64,000 nucleotides of DNA, from NCBI GenBank assembly GCA_964454445.1, contig CAYVTD010000001.1, positions 62,121-126,120 of the forward strand, read 5' to 3'. The stretch is from an uncultured Hyphomicrobiales bacterium. Its GTDB lineage: Bacteria > Bacteroidota > Ignavibacteria > Kapaibacteriales > UBA2268. Shown piece after piece: positions 30,526 to 41,127 of the stretch; positions within the stretch are counted from its first letter, which is position 1, and each line of letters starts with the position of its first letter. The notes beneath the pieces are model-generated. The model was not told where the DNA came from, did no database searches, and saw nothing but the letters and a program-made list of their open reading frames with translations. The translations under genes were made by a program, and so were the position numbers.

Positions 30526-32823
30526 CTATCTTACTTGTTCATTATTCTCTTTTTTTTCCTCGACAATAAAATGAGAAAGCTCCTCCTGCAGAGTCGCAGA
30601 AGCATTTTTAAGATTACCTGTGGCAAAATTAAAATCAACAAGCGAGTTTCTTGTTTGAATACTGACAGAATTAAGCTGTTCCATCGTTTCTTCGATTTGC
30701 TTTGTGCTGTCAGCCTGCATTTTCATTGCCTCATTTATCAAAGAAAACTGTGAAATCAAATCTTGCATTTTTTCAATGATGTCTTCCAATTCCAAGCTAA
30801 TAGCAGCAATCTTGGCAGAACCTTTTTGCATTTGTTCGGCAAAATCATCGACAGAGCGGGATCCCTGATCAACGGTTTCATGCATTTCGTTTAAAAGAGA
30901 TTCGATATTTAATGCTGCTACGGAAGTCTCGTCGGCAAGTTTTCTAATCTCAATTGCGACAACAGAAAAACCTGCACCGTAATTTTCAGTGCTTTCGCTT
31001 GAAGTTTCGGTGGTTCTGCTGCTTTCCCTGTTAAAAGTCGCATTGAGATTTTCTGCTTCAATAGCAGCATTGAGCGACAACAAGTTAGTCTGGTTAGCAA
31101 CTTTGGTGATTGTGTTGATTACTTTGCTTATATTTGCGCTTCGCTGGGTGATAAGTTCGAGTTTTTCGTGAATAATGGCAACAGAGTTTAGCAGAGTTGA
31201 AATAGCAACTCTAATTCCCTCGACACCTTCGAGTCCCTTATGAGCTGCGTCAGAGCTGTCTTGTGCTTTGTTTGAAACATCGTCCATTGTGCCAGAAAGC
31301 TCTTGAGAAACAGCCCGAATCTGCATGCTAATGGTTACTGTTTCGCTTGTCGAAGCAACCTGTTCGGCAACGCTTGCCTCAAGATTTTTTGCTAATTCGG
31401 TTATAACAGATGCAGAAATGGACACTTGTCGAGCTGTAATTGTAACGTTTATAAGTAATTTATTAAGTGAAGTCGTCATTTTGGCGGCAGAAAGAAACAG
31501 TTTGTATATCTCGTCTTTAAAATCGCTTAGATCCTTTACCGATTTCACCCCGGCAAACATCTTCGTCGCCTGCGCTGCCTCTATGAGTTTATATGCTGCC
31601 TGTATATTGCCCGATGCAATTTCAATGATAATTTTTGTAACAAGTAACAATGGTTTGGTAATTCTATTTAAAATGAGAATGGAAAAAACAAATGCCAGAA
31701 GCATTGCCCCGATGCTAATGCCAAGAGCGTAGTTCCTTGCTTCAATGTATTCTGCTTTTCTAAGAGCGAGGAGTTCTCCCAATTGACTAATAGTTGCCAA
31801 CCAAAATTTATTTTCTTTATCAATTGCATTCAATCCCTCATTTTCGTATCTCCTTAGTTTTTCGTTTGAATTCTGTATATTATTACTGCTATCATTGTGG
31901 ATTGTGCTATCGCTGGCTTCGCGGGCAATTAAATTGTTTTCAGTTAAACTGAAAAAGCCAATAAGTGAATTCTCATATTCCACAAAAACATTTTCAAGCT
32001 TTTCTTGCAAAGGTAAATAAATACCATAAAAATTCTTATCCTCGTTCTTTGCTGTTTTGAGGAGATTATTAATATTGTCTAATGCTTCATTTTTTATTTC
32101 AGAAATGTGAAAACTTATGAGTTGCAACTCTTTAGAGCTTTGTTTATATTGCGATTGTGATTGAAAAGAAGAAAGCTCTGAAAGCGGTTCTTGCAGCAAA
32201 CTACTCATTCCAGCAGAAAAAACACTGTTTGTATGTTTGCACAGTTCAGGCATTTGCAACAAGGCAATATCCATAAGGCAATATGAATCAAGGTCGGGAT
32301 CAAGCAAAAGATTTGATTCTTCAGCAATTAATCGTATTAATTTATTAACTCTCTCAATAATTTCTTGATTATTACGAAAAAAAACGTTTAGATCTTTTGA
32401 ATAGTCCTTTGATTTAATGATTTCCCAATCAGCTTTTATGGCTTCTGGAAAGATTTCTTTATGAGAAAGAGAATTTGAATAGGACAGTTGGAAATCATCT
32501 TGACCAGACTTCAAATTTTCATAAAAGCTGGACAAAGCAGAATCAGCATCGTCCTGTGATGCTTTTATGTTATTCTCAATTTCAGAACTGCTATCAAATC
32601 GAATTTTGCTCATACAAAAAAACTGGTTTTCATTTATTGATCTGCTAAATTTGGCAAGCGGCTCGATGAGTTTTGTACCAGCAATTTCCTTTTTGGCAAA
32701 ATTGATATGCTGATTATAGCCCGAGATGACATAATACAACAACACTGCTATTGGCAATGCAAAGATAATACAGATAATTCCTAATTTTAATGTAATGCTT
32801 GTATTTCTCGAAAAAGATTTCAT
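30526..32823 (-). CDS. methyl-accepting chemotaxis protein with an atypical signalling tip
   Basis: N-terminal TM, periplasmic domain, second TM, HAMP. The MCP signalling domain contains LLSLNAAIEAE...GAGFSVVAIEIRKLADE, with a Ser/Thr-rich insertion at the hairpin tip. Confidence 0.75.
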   Translation of the reverse strand: MKSFSRNTSITLKLGIICIIFALPIAVLLYYVISGYNQHINFAKKEIAGTKLIEPLAKFSRSINENQFFCMSKIRFDSSSEIENNIKASQDDADSALSSFYENLKSGQDDFQLSYSNSLSHKEIFPEAIKADWEIIKSKDYSKDLNVFFRNNQEIIERVNKLIRLIAEESNLLLDPDLDSYCLMDIALLQMPELCKHTNSVFSAGMSSLLQEPLSELSSFQSQSQYKQSSKELQLISFHISEIKNEALDNINNLLKTAKNEDKNFYGIYLPLQEKLENVFVEYENSLIGFFSLTENNLIAREASDSTIHNDSSNNIQNSNEKLRRYENEGLNAIDKENKFWLATISQLGELLALRKAEYIEARNYALGISIGAMLLAFVFSILILNRITKPLLLVTKIIIEIASGNIQAAYKLIEAAQATKMFAGVKSVKDLSDFKDEIYKLFLSAAKMTTSLNKLLINVTITARQVSISASVITELAKNLEASVAEQVASTSETVTISMQIRAVSQELSGTMDDVSNKAQDSSDAAHKGLEGVEGIRVAISTLLNSVAIIHEKLELITQRSANISKVINTITKVANQTNLLSLNAAIEAENLNATFNRESSRTTETSSESTENYGAGFSVVAIEIRKLADETSVAALNIESLLNEMHETVDQGSRSVDDFAEQMQKGSAKIAAISLELEDIIEKMQDLISQFSLINEAMKMQADSTKQIEETMEQLNSVSIQTRNSLVDFNFATGNLKNASATLQEELSHFIVEEKKENNEQVR

Positions 32824-32835
32824 AACTTGCCTCGT

Positions 32836-35031
32836 TTACTTGCTTATTTTGAATTGGGAAACTTCTCTTTGCAATCCTTTTACTGCCTCATTTAATTGCA
32901 AAGTAACATTATGGAACTCCCCGAGGGACTCTTTCGTTTGCTCGGCGGCAGTTTTCAATTGATTCATTGCCTCATTAATCTCGAAAGCACCTTCTGATTG
33001 CGCACTAATGCTTGTGTCGATAGCTTCAAATTCAGGGGTTAGCCTCAATATATGTTCGATTATTAACTCAATATTGTGTGTGATAACCGATACCTTGTTA
33101 GCTCCGGATTTGACTTCAATACCAAATTTATCCATTTCCATAACGCCCGAGCTTACAGACCCTTGCATCTCCTTTACCATAAATTCGATGTCTTTTGTGG
33201 CAGTTGCAGTTTGAACGGCAAGACGGCTAATTTCGCGTGCAACAACAGAAAAGCCCTTGCCGAAATCGCCTGCCTTCTCGGCTTCGATAGCTGCATTGAG
33301 CGAAAGCAATTTGGTTTGTTCGGAAATCTTGTTGATAGCTGTAATTATGCCGTTAATCTTATCGGCTTTGTCACTAATTATAGAAAGTTTTGTTGAAATA
33401 GAGTTCGTGGCAGTTGTCAGCGATTTCATCGTATTTTCCAGTTCTATGAGCATCTTGCTGCCAGCTTCAGCTTCGCCAACCGTTGCATCGACGGTTTCGC
33501 CAGAGCGTCGAACAGTTGTCAACAGCTCTTCAGCCCTGTCGGAAATCTCTTTACTCGAGACGCTGACCTGTCTAGTCGAAGCGGCTTGCTCGGCTACAGT
33601 TGCCTCTAATTGCCGTGATGAGGCTGTTATCTCAGTAGCTGAAGTGGTTACTTGGATACCAGATTGCTGCACTTGACCAATGAGCGAGAAAAGATTGGAA
33701 GTCATTTTGGCAAAAGATCGCAAAAGTTCGCTTATCTCATCTTTATAATTTTTGCTTTGGATAGCTTTTATTTGGCTGTCAATATCGTTTTTCGCCTCAC
33801 GTAGTTTGCCTTCAGCTATTTTTTTGGCTAAATTGCTAATAAATCCAATTGGCTTGGAGATGGTGTTCGATAGAAAAATAGCAAGAAGTATGGCTAAGAC
33901 TAATATTGAAACACCATAAATTATTAAATTTTCTCTTAATGAAATAAATTTCCTTTCGAGATTAGAAATAGTATCGTAATATTCATCTTTGTAAACTCCT
34001 GTGCCGATAACCCAATCCCAAGGCTCGAAATAGGTGATTGCAACAACTTTTTCGCGTGCTGTTGCCTCACCGATATTTTTCCATTTATATTCTTTGAAAT
34101 AATTCTCCCCTTCTTTTAATGTAAGCGCCTTTTCGACTATTTCCTTAATAAAAAACTTACCTTCGCTATCGGTTGATTCCAGAATGTTTTCCCCGTCGCG
34201 TTCGCCATTTTTGGAAATGATGTAATGTCCTTTGTTGCTTTTACCACCTAGAACATAGACATAGCCAGTTTTCCCCGGTTTAATTCGCAATATTGCATTT
34301 CTAAGAGATTTTGCAGCAGCAAGCTTTTCTCCTGTATATATCATTCCGATCACTTCGCCTCTACTATCCAGAATTGGCTCATAAACGGTCAAGCACCATT
34401 CGTTAACAACATAAGCCCTGCCATGATAGGTTTTATGGTCAAGAATGGATTGCAGCACCGGATTGTCGCTTCCGTCGGGATTGATATGCGGTATGAATGA
34501 GCTAATGGCTCTTTCTTTTCCGGCTGTTTGCACATTGGTTGCCACCCTTAGCATATCACCTTCGCTGTTCATTCTTTGAAATATTGTGCAAGTAAGCCCA
34601 TAAGACTCACCAACATCATCAACAATAGGAATGTATTGCTCCAGATTGGTTGAAGCAGTAATTGGTCTGCCACCCAGCAAAATCGAAGGCAGTTCCACAG
34701 TCCTTGTTTCGCCGTTAAATTGATTGACGGCTTCCCATTTTTGCATTTTTCCAATGAAAGACAAACCACCTTTTTGTTTAATAGTCGTTTCTGCAAAATG
34801 AATGGCTCGAGAAAGACGTTCATGAAGTAACTCGTCGCTTGATAGACACAGATTGTAAACATCTTTAGAAATCTGCGATATATTCGCTTTTGCAAGGTTG
34901 TCAATTTCATGCTCTGCTTCGACAAGCATTATCTTTTCTTGAAATACTATTAAAACAACTATTACAATCACTGGTAGAAGAGCAGAAATAATGGCAATAG
35001 ATATTATTTTTCCTTTTAATGATAGTTTCAC
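32836..35031 (-). CDS. methyl-accepting chemotaxis protein with Cache-type periplasmic sensor
   Basis: TM, ~300-aa periplasmic Cache-like domain, TM, HAMP, and a canonical tip LLSLNAAIEAEKAGDFGKGFSVVAREISRLA. Confidence 0.8.
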   Translation of the reverse strand: MKLSLKGKIISIAIISALLPVIVIVVLIVFQEKIMLVEAEHEIDNLAKANISQISKDVYNLCLSSDELLHERLSRAIHFAETTIKQKGGLSFIGKMQKWEAVNQFNGETRTVELPSILLGGRPITASTNLEQYIPIVDDVGESYGLTCTIFQRMNSEGDMLRVATNVQTAGKERAISSFIPHINPDGSDNPVLQSILDHKTYHGRAYVVNEWCLTVYEPILDSRGEVIGMIYTGEKLAAAKSLRNAILRIKPGKTGYVYVLGGKSNKGHYIISKNGERDGENILESTDSEGKFFIKEIVEKALTLKEGENYFKEYKWKNIGEATAREKVVAITYFEPWDWVIGTGVYKDEYYDTISNLERKFISLRENLIIYGVSILVLAILLAIFLSNTISKPIGFISNLAKKIAEGKLREAKNDIDSQIKAIQSKNYKDEISELLRSFAKMTSNLFSLIGQVQQSGIQVTTSATEITASSRQLEATVAEQAASTRQVSVSSKEISDRAEELLTTVRRSGETVDATVGEAEAGSKMLIELENTMKSLTTATNSISTKLSIISDKADKINGIITAINKISEQTKLLSLNAAIEAEKAGDFGKGFSVVAREISRLAVQTATATKDIEFMVKEMQGSVSSGVMEMDKFGIEVKSGANKVSVITHNIELIIEHILRLTPEFEAIDTSISAQSEGAFEINEAMNQLKTAAEQTKESLGEFHNVTLQLNEAVKGLQREVSQFKISK

Positions 35032-35217
35032 GTTGCTTTCCCGAAATGTGTCGCATCAAGAACAGTTTTTTTATTTTTAATGCAGATAATTCTGGAATTT
35101 ATGAATATTTAAAGAAAAATAAAAGAGCGAAAACAAAAAAACGATTATCTTCCGTGATTTTTGCTTTTATATGTGCATTAATATTCTTAATTTAATCAAA
35201 AAAAACTGCAAAATGCT

Positions 35218-37233
35218 ATGAAAAATTGTAAATACTACCTGCTAATAATTTTGCTTCAATTCATCGTTGCACAGGCAAATGCAGAAAATGTCCAATGGGC
35301 ATCGGAGCTAATCGGCTTTTCTTCGCAAATGGATAGTGTTCGTGGCTCAGCAAGACAGGCATTGGGCAAGCCAAGCGTTATGTCTGAATTTGGAATGTCG
35401 CCTTGTGCTTGGGCATCAAAGGAGGTTGCCTCGCCAGAAGGCGAATGGATCAAAGTTGGCTTTGCCGAACCAATGAAAATAGCTCAAATAGCGATTAATC
35501 AGAATTTTAATCCCGGTGCAATATCAAAAGTTTGGATTTATGATGAAAATGACAACGAATACTTGGTCTATAATAACGCTAATCCGGAAGTTACAAGCGT
35601 CAACGGAAAGATGCTTCATGTCTTTATGCCATTGACAAAATACAATGTGCAAGCGGTTAAAATATTCCTAAAAACTGACGTTTTTGCCGATTGGAATCAA
35701 ATCGATGCCATAGCCATTAGCGATAGCAAAAAGCCTGTTTATCCTTCTGTTAATTTGCCACTGCAGACAAGGGAAAGGTATTTTGTTGAAAATCTTGGAG
35801 ATAATGTCAATTCGCCAGCTGCCGAGCTTGTTCCCGTCATCTCACCCGACGGGCAGACACTCTACTTCACCCGGAACAATCACCCTGGCAACACTGGTGA
35901 GGCAAAAAAACTCGATGTCTGGCAATCTAAAATGAACAAAGATGGCTCCTTTGCCCCCGCTGAAAATCTTGGTAAACCAATTAATAACGAATTTTCTAAT
36001 TTCCTTTTTTCGATAAGTCCCGACAACAACACTCTTTACCTCGGCAACCAATATATGCCTGACGGACAAATGGACAAGGGTATTTCTAAGAGTTCCTGGG
36101 ATGGTGAAAAATGGGACTTGCCTCAAAACATGGAAATCAAGGATTTCACCAATCTGCGCGGCTTTGCCAATTACTTTATGGCTCCAAGCGGACAAGAGCT
36201 TTATTTGTCTGTCGAAATGGAAGATTCTTATGGAGGAATGGATATTTATGTTAGTTTTTTACAAAGTGATGGCTCCTGGAGCAAACCAAAAAACCTTGGA
36301 CCAACAATCAATACAGCTTCCGATGATATTTCCCCGTTCATTGCCGCAGACGAAAAAACATTGTATTATTCAACAGACGGGCTACCTTCGCTTGGCTCAA
36401 ACGATATTTTCTACTCGCAACGGCTCGACACAACTTGGACTATTTGGTCTGAACCAGTAAATTTAGGACAGCCGGTAAATTCCTCAGGTTGGGAAGCATA
36501 TTGGTCGGTGCCCGCCCAGGGCGATTATGGATATTATGTTACGAATCACAATAGCAGTGGAAATGAGGATATTTATCGCATTCGCCTGGCAGCATCACAA
36601 CGACCAGGAACTGTCAAGTTGGTTTATGGAAGAGTAATCGACTCAAAAACAAGCAATCCCGTTCAGGCACAAATCATTTACGAAACTTTGCCCTCCGGAA
36701 TTGAAGCAGGCACAGCAAGCTCCAATCCAAAAACAGGTGAGTATAAAATAATACTGCCTGCAGGAGCCAAATATGGTTTCCTCGCACAAGCCGACAATTA
36801 TTTATCCATAAATGAATATCTCGATTTAAGGCAAGAAAGCGATTTTACGGAAATAAATCGTGATTTATATCTCGTTCCAATTGAAAAAGGTCAGGTTGTG
36901 CGTATCAACAATATATTTTTCGAATTTGCCAAATATGATATACTCGAAGATTCTTTTTCTGAGCTAAACCGTATTGTCAAGTTTTTGCAGGAAAACCCAA
37001 AAATCAGAATTAGAATAAACGGACATACCGATAATATCGGTTCTATGCAAGACAATCTCGAGCTTTCACGGCGTCGTGCTGGCGCTGTTGCCGATTATCT
37101 CAACATCAAAGGAATTGACAAAAAACGTGTTGAAACCAAGGGTTTTGGATTTTCCAAACCAATAGTCGACAACGATACAGAAGAAGGTAGGGCAAAAAAC
37201 CGAAGAGTCGAATTTGAAATAATTGGCAATTAA
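35218..37233 (+). CDS. PD40 (TolB-like beta-propeller) repeat protein with C-terminal OmpA domain
   Basis: Signal peptide. Repeated SPDGQTLYF-type PD40 units. C-terminal OmpA/MotB motif (NGHTDNIGS...NLELSRRRAGAVADYL...NRRVEF). Confidence 0.7.
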   Translation: MKNCKYYLLIILLQFIVAQANAENVQWASELIGFSSQMDSVRGSARQALGKPSVMSEFGMSPCAWASKEVASPEGEWIKVGFAEPMKIAQIAINQNFNPGAISKVWIYDENDNEYLVYNNANPEVTSVNGKMLHVFMPLTKYNVQAVKIFLKTDVFADWNQIDAIAISDSKKPVYPSVNLPLQTRERYFVENLGDNVNSPAAELVPVISPDGQTLYFTRNNHPGNTGEAKKLDVWQSKMNKDGSFAPAENLGKPINNEFSNFLFSISPDNNTLYLGNQYMPDGQMDKGISKSSWDGEKWDLPQNMEIKDFTNLRGFANYFMAPSGQELYLSVEMEDSYGGMDIYVSFLQSDGSWSKPKNLGPTINTASDDISPFIAADEKTLYYSTDGLPSLGSNDIFYSQRLDTTWTIWSEPVNLGQPVNSSGWEAYWSVPAQGDYGYYVTNHNSSGNEDIYRIRLAASQRPGTVKLVYGRVIDSKTSNPVQAQIIYETLPSGIEAGTASSNPKTGEYKIILPAGAKYGFLAQADNYLSINEYLDLRQESDFTEINRDLYLVPIEKGQVVRINNIFFEFAKYDILEDSFSELNRIVKFLQENPKIRIRINGHTDNIGSMQDNLELSRRRAGAVADYLNIKGIDKKRVETKGFGFSKPIVDNDTEEGRAKNRRVEFEIIGN

Positions 37234-37315
37234 CTGTCTGCTGTTATATATATCAATAATTTAATGTAATTAATATATAAAGATAAATTCTTTCAATGAA
37301 AAGGAATTAATGCAG

Positions 37316-39325
37316 CTATACATCAAGATTTCTAACATACTTAGCATTTTCTTCGATAAAAATGCGGCGTGGCTCGACTTTATCGCCCATAAGAGTTTCA
37401 AAAATATGCGATGCATCGGCGGCGCTATCGATGGTAACCTGCAAAAGTGTGCGACTCTCCGGGTTCATCGTTGTTTGCCAGAGCTGCTCGGGATTCATCT
37501 CGCCGAGACCTTTGAAACGTGAAATGACGATGCCCGTTTTCGAAGGATTTTCTGGATTATCCTCTACGATTTCTATCCCTTTTTTGTTTGCAAACTCTTT
37601 TTGTATCCTTTGAATTATCTCGCTGCGCTCGTCTTCGTTATAAGCATAATACTCCTGTTTGCCACGCTTGATTTTATATAATGGTGGCTGGGCAATAAAC
37701 AATTTGCCTTGAGTAATTAAATCCTTCATATAGATAAAGAAAAATGTGAGCAGCAAAGTTCTGATATGCGAACCGTCGATGTCAGCATCAGCCATGAGAA
37801 TGATTTTCCCATAGCGGGATTTGTCGGGGTCAAATTCTTCATCGAAACCTGCACCGATGGCAGTGAAAATGGCACGAATTTCCTCGTTTTCGAGGATTTT
37901 TGCCATCCTAGCCTTTTGCACGTTTAAAATCTTACCTTTCAATGGCAAAATCGCCTGAAAACGCCTGTCTCTTCCTTGTTTAGCCGAACCACCAGCAGAA
38001 TCACCTTCGACGATGTATATTTCGGTGTCCTCTGGTGTTTTTAGTGAACAATCGGCAAGTTTGCCAGGCAAAGTCGAAGATTCGAGCGCACTTTTTCGGC
38101 GAACCAACTCACGCGATTTTTTTGCAGCGAGCCTTGCTTCGTCGGCTGTTGTTGCTTTTTCAAGTATGCGTTTTGCTTCGGCGGGATTCTGCTCCAAATA
38201 AAACGCAAGCTTTTCGTTCATCACCGTTTTAACGATGCTTTCCACTTCGCTATTGCCAAGTTTCGTTTTTGTTTGTCCTTCGAATTGCGGTTCAGCCACT
38301 TTAACTGATATGACAGCGGTAAGCCCTTCGCGAAAATCTTCGCCTGTTAATTGTATTTTGCCATTTTTTCCAGAACTCATATTTGTGTAATATGCGTTGA
38401 ACGTTCTGGTAAGTGCCGAACGAAAGCCTGTTACGTGTGTGCCGCCTTCGATTGTATTAATATTATTAACATACGAAAGCAGGTTTTCGTTGAAACCATT
38501 GTTATACTCGAAGCATATTTCCACTTGCGTTTCCATTCCGCTTCCTCCATCACCAGAGCCAACAATAGTAATCGGTTTCATTATCGGCTGAACCATCCCA
38601 TCAATATATTTCACAAAATCTTCCAAACCACCCTTGTATTGGAAAGATTCTTGCCTGCCTTCTTCGCGATCATCGCTAAGGTTGATTTTCACTTGTGGGT
38701 TCAAAAAGGCAAGCTCTCGGAGGCGCTCCGCTATTTTTACATATCTGAATCGAGTAACTTTAAAGATGGAGGTATCTGCTTTAAAATGAGTAATAGTACC
38801 TGTTTTATCGGTTTTGCCTATGACCTCCACTGGTGTTTGAGGTATGCCGAGGGCGTATTCCTGCTTGAAAATCTTTCCATCTCGATAGACAGTAACAATC
38901 ATCTTTTCAGACAAGGCATTAACGCAGGACACACCGACACCATGCAATCCACCTGAGACTTTATAGCCACTTTTGTCGAACTTGCCACCAGCATGCAGAG
39001 TGCACATAACAAGCTCAAGTGTCGATATTTTTTTCTCGGGATGCGGACCGGTTGGAATGCCACGACCATTGTCCGTTACTGAAAGCGAGCCATCGTAATG
39101 GATTCTGACGCTAATTTCGCTACAATAGCCGGCAAGGGCTTCGTCGATGGAGTTATCGACTACTTCGTTTACAAGATGATGCAGTCCGCGATCACTAATA
39201 TCGCCAATGTACATTGCTGGACGCATGCGAACTGCCTCGAGACCTTCTAAAATTTTAATACTATCTTCACTGTAGTTAGCATCTAACTGAGCCAACGACA
39301 TCATATTTTCTAATTCTTCTGACAT
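37316..39325 (-). CDS. gyrB: DNA gyrase subunit B
   Basis: GHKL ATPase motifs (GLHGVG), Toprim EGDSAGGSAKQGRDR (the QGRDR variant is typical of GyrB rather than ParE), and PLKGKILNV. 669 aa. Confidence 0.85.
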   Translation of the reverse strand: MSEELENMMSLAQLDANYSEDSIKILEGLEAVRMRPAMYIGDISDRGLHHLVNEVVDNSIDEALAGYCSEISVRIHYDGSLSVTDNGRGIPTGPHPEKKISTLELVMCTLHAGGKFDKSGYKVSGGLHGVGVSCVNALSEKMIVTVYRDGKIFKQEYALGIPQTPVEVIGKTDKTGTITHFKADTSIFKVTRFRYVKIAERLRELAFLNPQVKINLSDDREEGRQESFQYKGGLEDFVKYIDGMVQPIMKPITIVGSGDGGSGMETQVEICFEYNNGFNENLLSYVNNINTIEGGTHVTGFRSALTRTFNAYYTNMSSGKNGKIQLTGEDFREGLTAVISVKVAEPQFEGQTKTKLGNSEVESIVKTVMNEKLAFYLEQNPAEAKRILEKATTADEARLAAKKSRELVRRKSALESSTLPGKLADCSLKTPEDTEIYIVEGDSAGGSAKQGRDRRFQAILPLKGKILNVQKARMAKILENEEIRAIFTAIGAGFDEEFDPDKSRYGKIILMADADIDGSHIRTLLLTFFFIYMKDLITQGKLFIAQPPLYKIKRGKQEYYAYNEDERSEIIQRIQKEFANKKGIEIVEDNPENPSKTGIVISRFKGLGEMNPEQLWQTTMNPESRTLLQVTIDSAADASHIFETLMGDKVEPRRIFIEENAKYVRNLDV

Positions 39326-39598
39326 AATTCCTTCAATAAAAAAAATTATTTAATTCGTTCAATCACAAAAAGACTTGTATTTAAATAGGTTATAATTTTA
39401 AAATTCGATTTAAAAAATATAGACAAAATCAATGTTGCAATATACGAAAAATTCTGCTTATTTCCTTGTATTAATATAGATTTGTTGAAAACTTTTTAGT
39501 CAATTCCCCTTAATGCAAATTTATAAAAAATTTCTTAATTTTGCTAAACTTTTATCGTGTTTTCTCTATTTAAAAACATCTTTTTTAATCTTTTGAAA

Positions 39599-40039
39599 AT
39601 GAGAGCAGTAATACAAAGAGTTAGCAAAGCAAGCGTTAATATAAACAATGAAATACGCGGAGCAATATCCATAGGTTTATTGGTTTTAATAGCCTTTTCA
39701 GCCGAAGACAACGAAGAAACGATAAAGTGGATGAGCAATAAACTCGTCAATTTGCGTATTTTCCTCGACGATGAAGGCAAAATGAATCGTTCTGGGCTTG
39801 ATGTCGGAGCTGAGATACTGTTTATATCCAATTTTACCGTCTATGGCAGCACAAAAAAGGGTTTTCGCCCCAGTTTTACAGATTCGGCACCATCAGAAAT
39901 AGCTGAGCCACTTTACAATAAGATGCTAAACTTCTTAAAAGACAATTATCCATTGAAAATCGAATCGGGCGAATTTGGAGCTATGATGAATGTCGAGTTA
40001 ATTAATGACGGACCTGTAACTGTTATTCTTGAAAAGTAG
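39599..40039 (+). CDS. dtd: D-aminoacyl-tRNA deacylase
   Basis: MRAVIQRVSKASV N-terminus and the SNFTVYG motif. The start is taken at MRAV rather than the upstream Met of the listed ORF. Confidence 0.8.
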   Translation: MRAVIQRVSKASVNINNEIRGAISIGLLVLIAFSAEDNEETIKWMSNKLVNLRIFLDDEGKMNRSGLDVGAEILFISNFTVYGSTKKGFRPSFTDSAPSEIAEPLYNKMLNFLKDNYPLKIESGEFGAMMNVELINDGPVTVILEK

Positions 40040-40976
40040 ATAAGATACGCTCTGCACCCATTTTTAACAACTTTTCTGCAAGAGTTTTTCCTGTTTCTTC
40101 TGGTTTTGTAATGTCTCCTGTAATATCCGTTTTAAAAACAGAATTACCATCAATCGAAGCAACCAAACCTTTAATATGAATTATGTTTCCCTCGACTTGA
40201 GCATAAGCTCCAATAGGTGTTTGGCAACCTCCACCCAAAGCTCGAAGAAAAGCCCGCTCGGCTTTTGTGGCTATCGCCGTTTCTATATGATTAACATAGT
40301 CAAGGATTTCTTTTATACCAATTTTTCTCTGGGAAATATTGTAAAATTGTTTGTTGTCCGATACCACTTCCACACAGATAGCGCCTTGACCAACAGCAGG
40401 CAACATAATATCTAAATCTATGTAACTCGATATGTAACTTTGCATTTCCATACGTTCAACGCCTGCCGCTGCAAGAACGATACCATCCCAATCGTTTTCT
40501 TCGAATTTTCTTATGCGTGTTTGCAGGTTGCCTCTCAGGTCTGGCATAACAAAATCTTTTCTTTGGCTCAACAGCTGCGCCCTTCGTCTTAGCGAACCAG
40601 TTGCTACAACAGCATTTTTTCTAAGAGTTTGAATGGTATCCCCCTTCTTCTTTGCTATTAAGACGTCTCTTGCGTCTTGCCTTTGAGTAATCGCCCCAAG
40701 CATCAAACCAGAAGGTAACTCCGTTGGCATATCCTTCAAACTATGCACCGCAAGGTCGATTGTGCCAGCAAGTAGCTCTGTTTCTAACTCTTTGGTAAAA
40801 AGACCTTTACTACCGATTTTCGACAAGGAAACATCAAGTATCTTATCGCCTTGTGTTTTTATATGGATTATCTCGGTTTCCAAATCGGGAAAATGTTTTT
40901 TTATAATTTTGGCAACAAAGTTGGTCTGCCACAATGCCAAAGGACTCAAGCGAGTGCCTATTTTGATTACTTTCAT
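40023..40976 (-). CDS. hemC: hydroxymethylbilane synthase (porphobilinogen deaminase)
   Basis: MKVIKIGTRLSPLALWQTNFV N-terminus, GSLRRRAQL, cofactor-binding Cys region (GGGCQTPIGAYA). Confidence 0.85.
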   Translation of the reverse strand: MKVIKIGTRLSPLALWQTNFVAKIIKKHFPDLETEIIHIKTQGDKILDVSLSKIGSKGLFTKELETELLAGTIDLAVHSLKDMPTELPSGLMLGAITQRQDARDVLIAKKKGDTIQTLRKNAVVATGSLRRRAQLLSQRKDFVMPDLRGNLQTRIRKFEENDWDGIVLAAAGVERMEMQSYISSYIDLDIMLPAVGQGAICVEVVSDNKQFYNISQRKIGIKEILDYVNHIETAIATKAERAFLRALGGGCQTPIGAYAQVEGNIIHIKGLVASIDGNSVFKTDITGDITKPEETGKTLAEKLLKMGAERILSTFQE

Positions 40977-41127
40977 ACTTTTCCGATATTTTTTTTTATA
41001 AAAATAAGAAATTATTACTAAAAAAATTAGTTAATCTTGCAATGTTTTCTTATTTTGTTTGTTATTGTTTTAATTAAAATAAAAAAAATTGAAAAAGAGA
41101 ACAGGAATTACACTCGGCAAAAAACTA

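Noticed and set aside
38351-38956. 201-aa antisense ORF inside gyrB, and many other 60-140-aa ORFs embedded in or antisense to large genes (e.g. 1636-1890, 5917-6162, 25661-26092, 33076-33676)
   Set aside because: These are shadow ORFs within well-supported coding regions on the opposite strand or in another frame, with no motifs.
40023-40039. 17-bp overlap of convergent dtd and hemC 3' ends, and the 48-bp overlap of the OmpA gene with cheW (30065-30112)
   Set aside because: Short convergent 3' overlaps are common and may simply reflect stop-codon choice. No functional inference is warranted.
41037-41127. Upstream extension of the AI-2E transporter ORF (MQCFLILFVIV...)
   Set aside because: The extension is a hydrophobic/low-complexity read-through of the promoter region. 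The start at MDNILKRIL gives a family-typical length.
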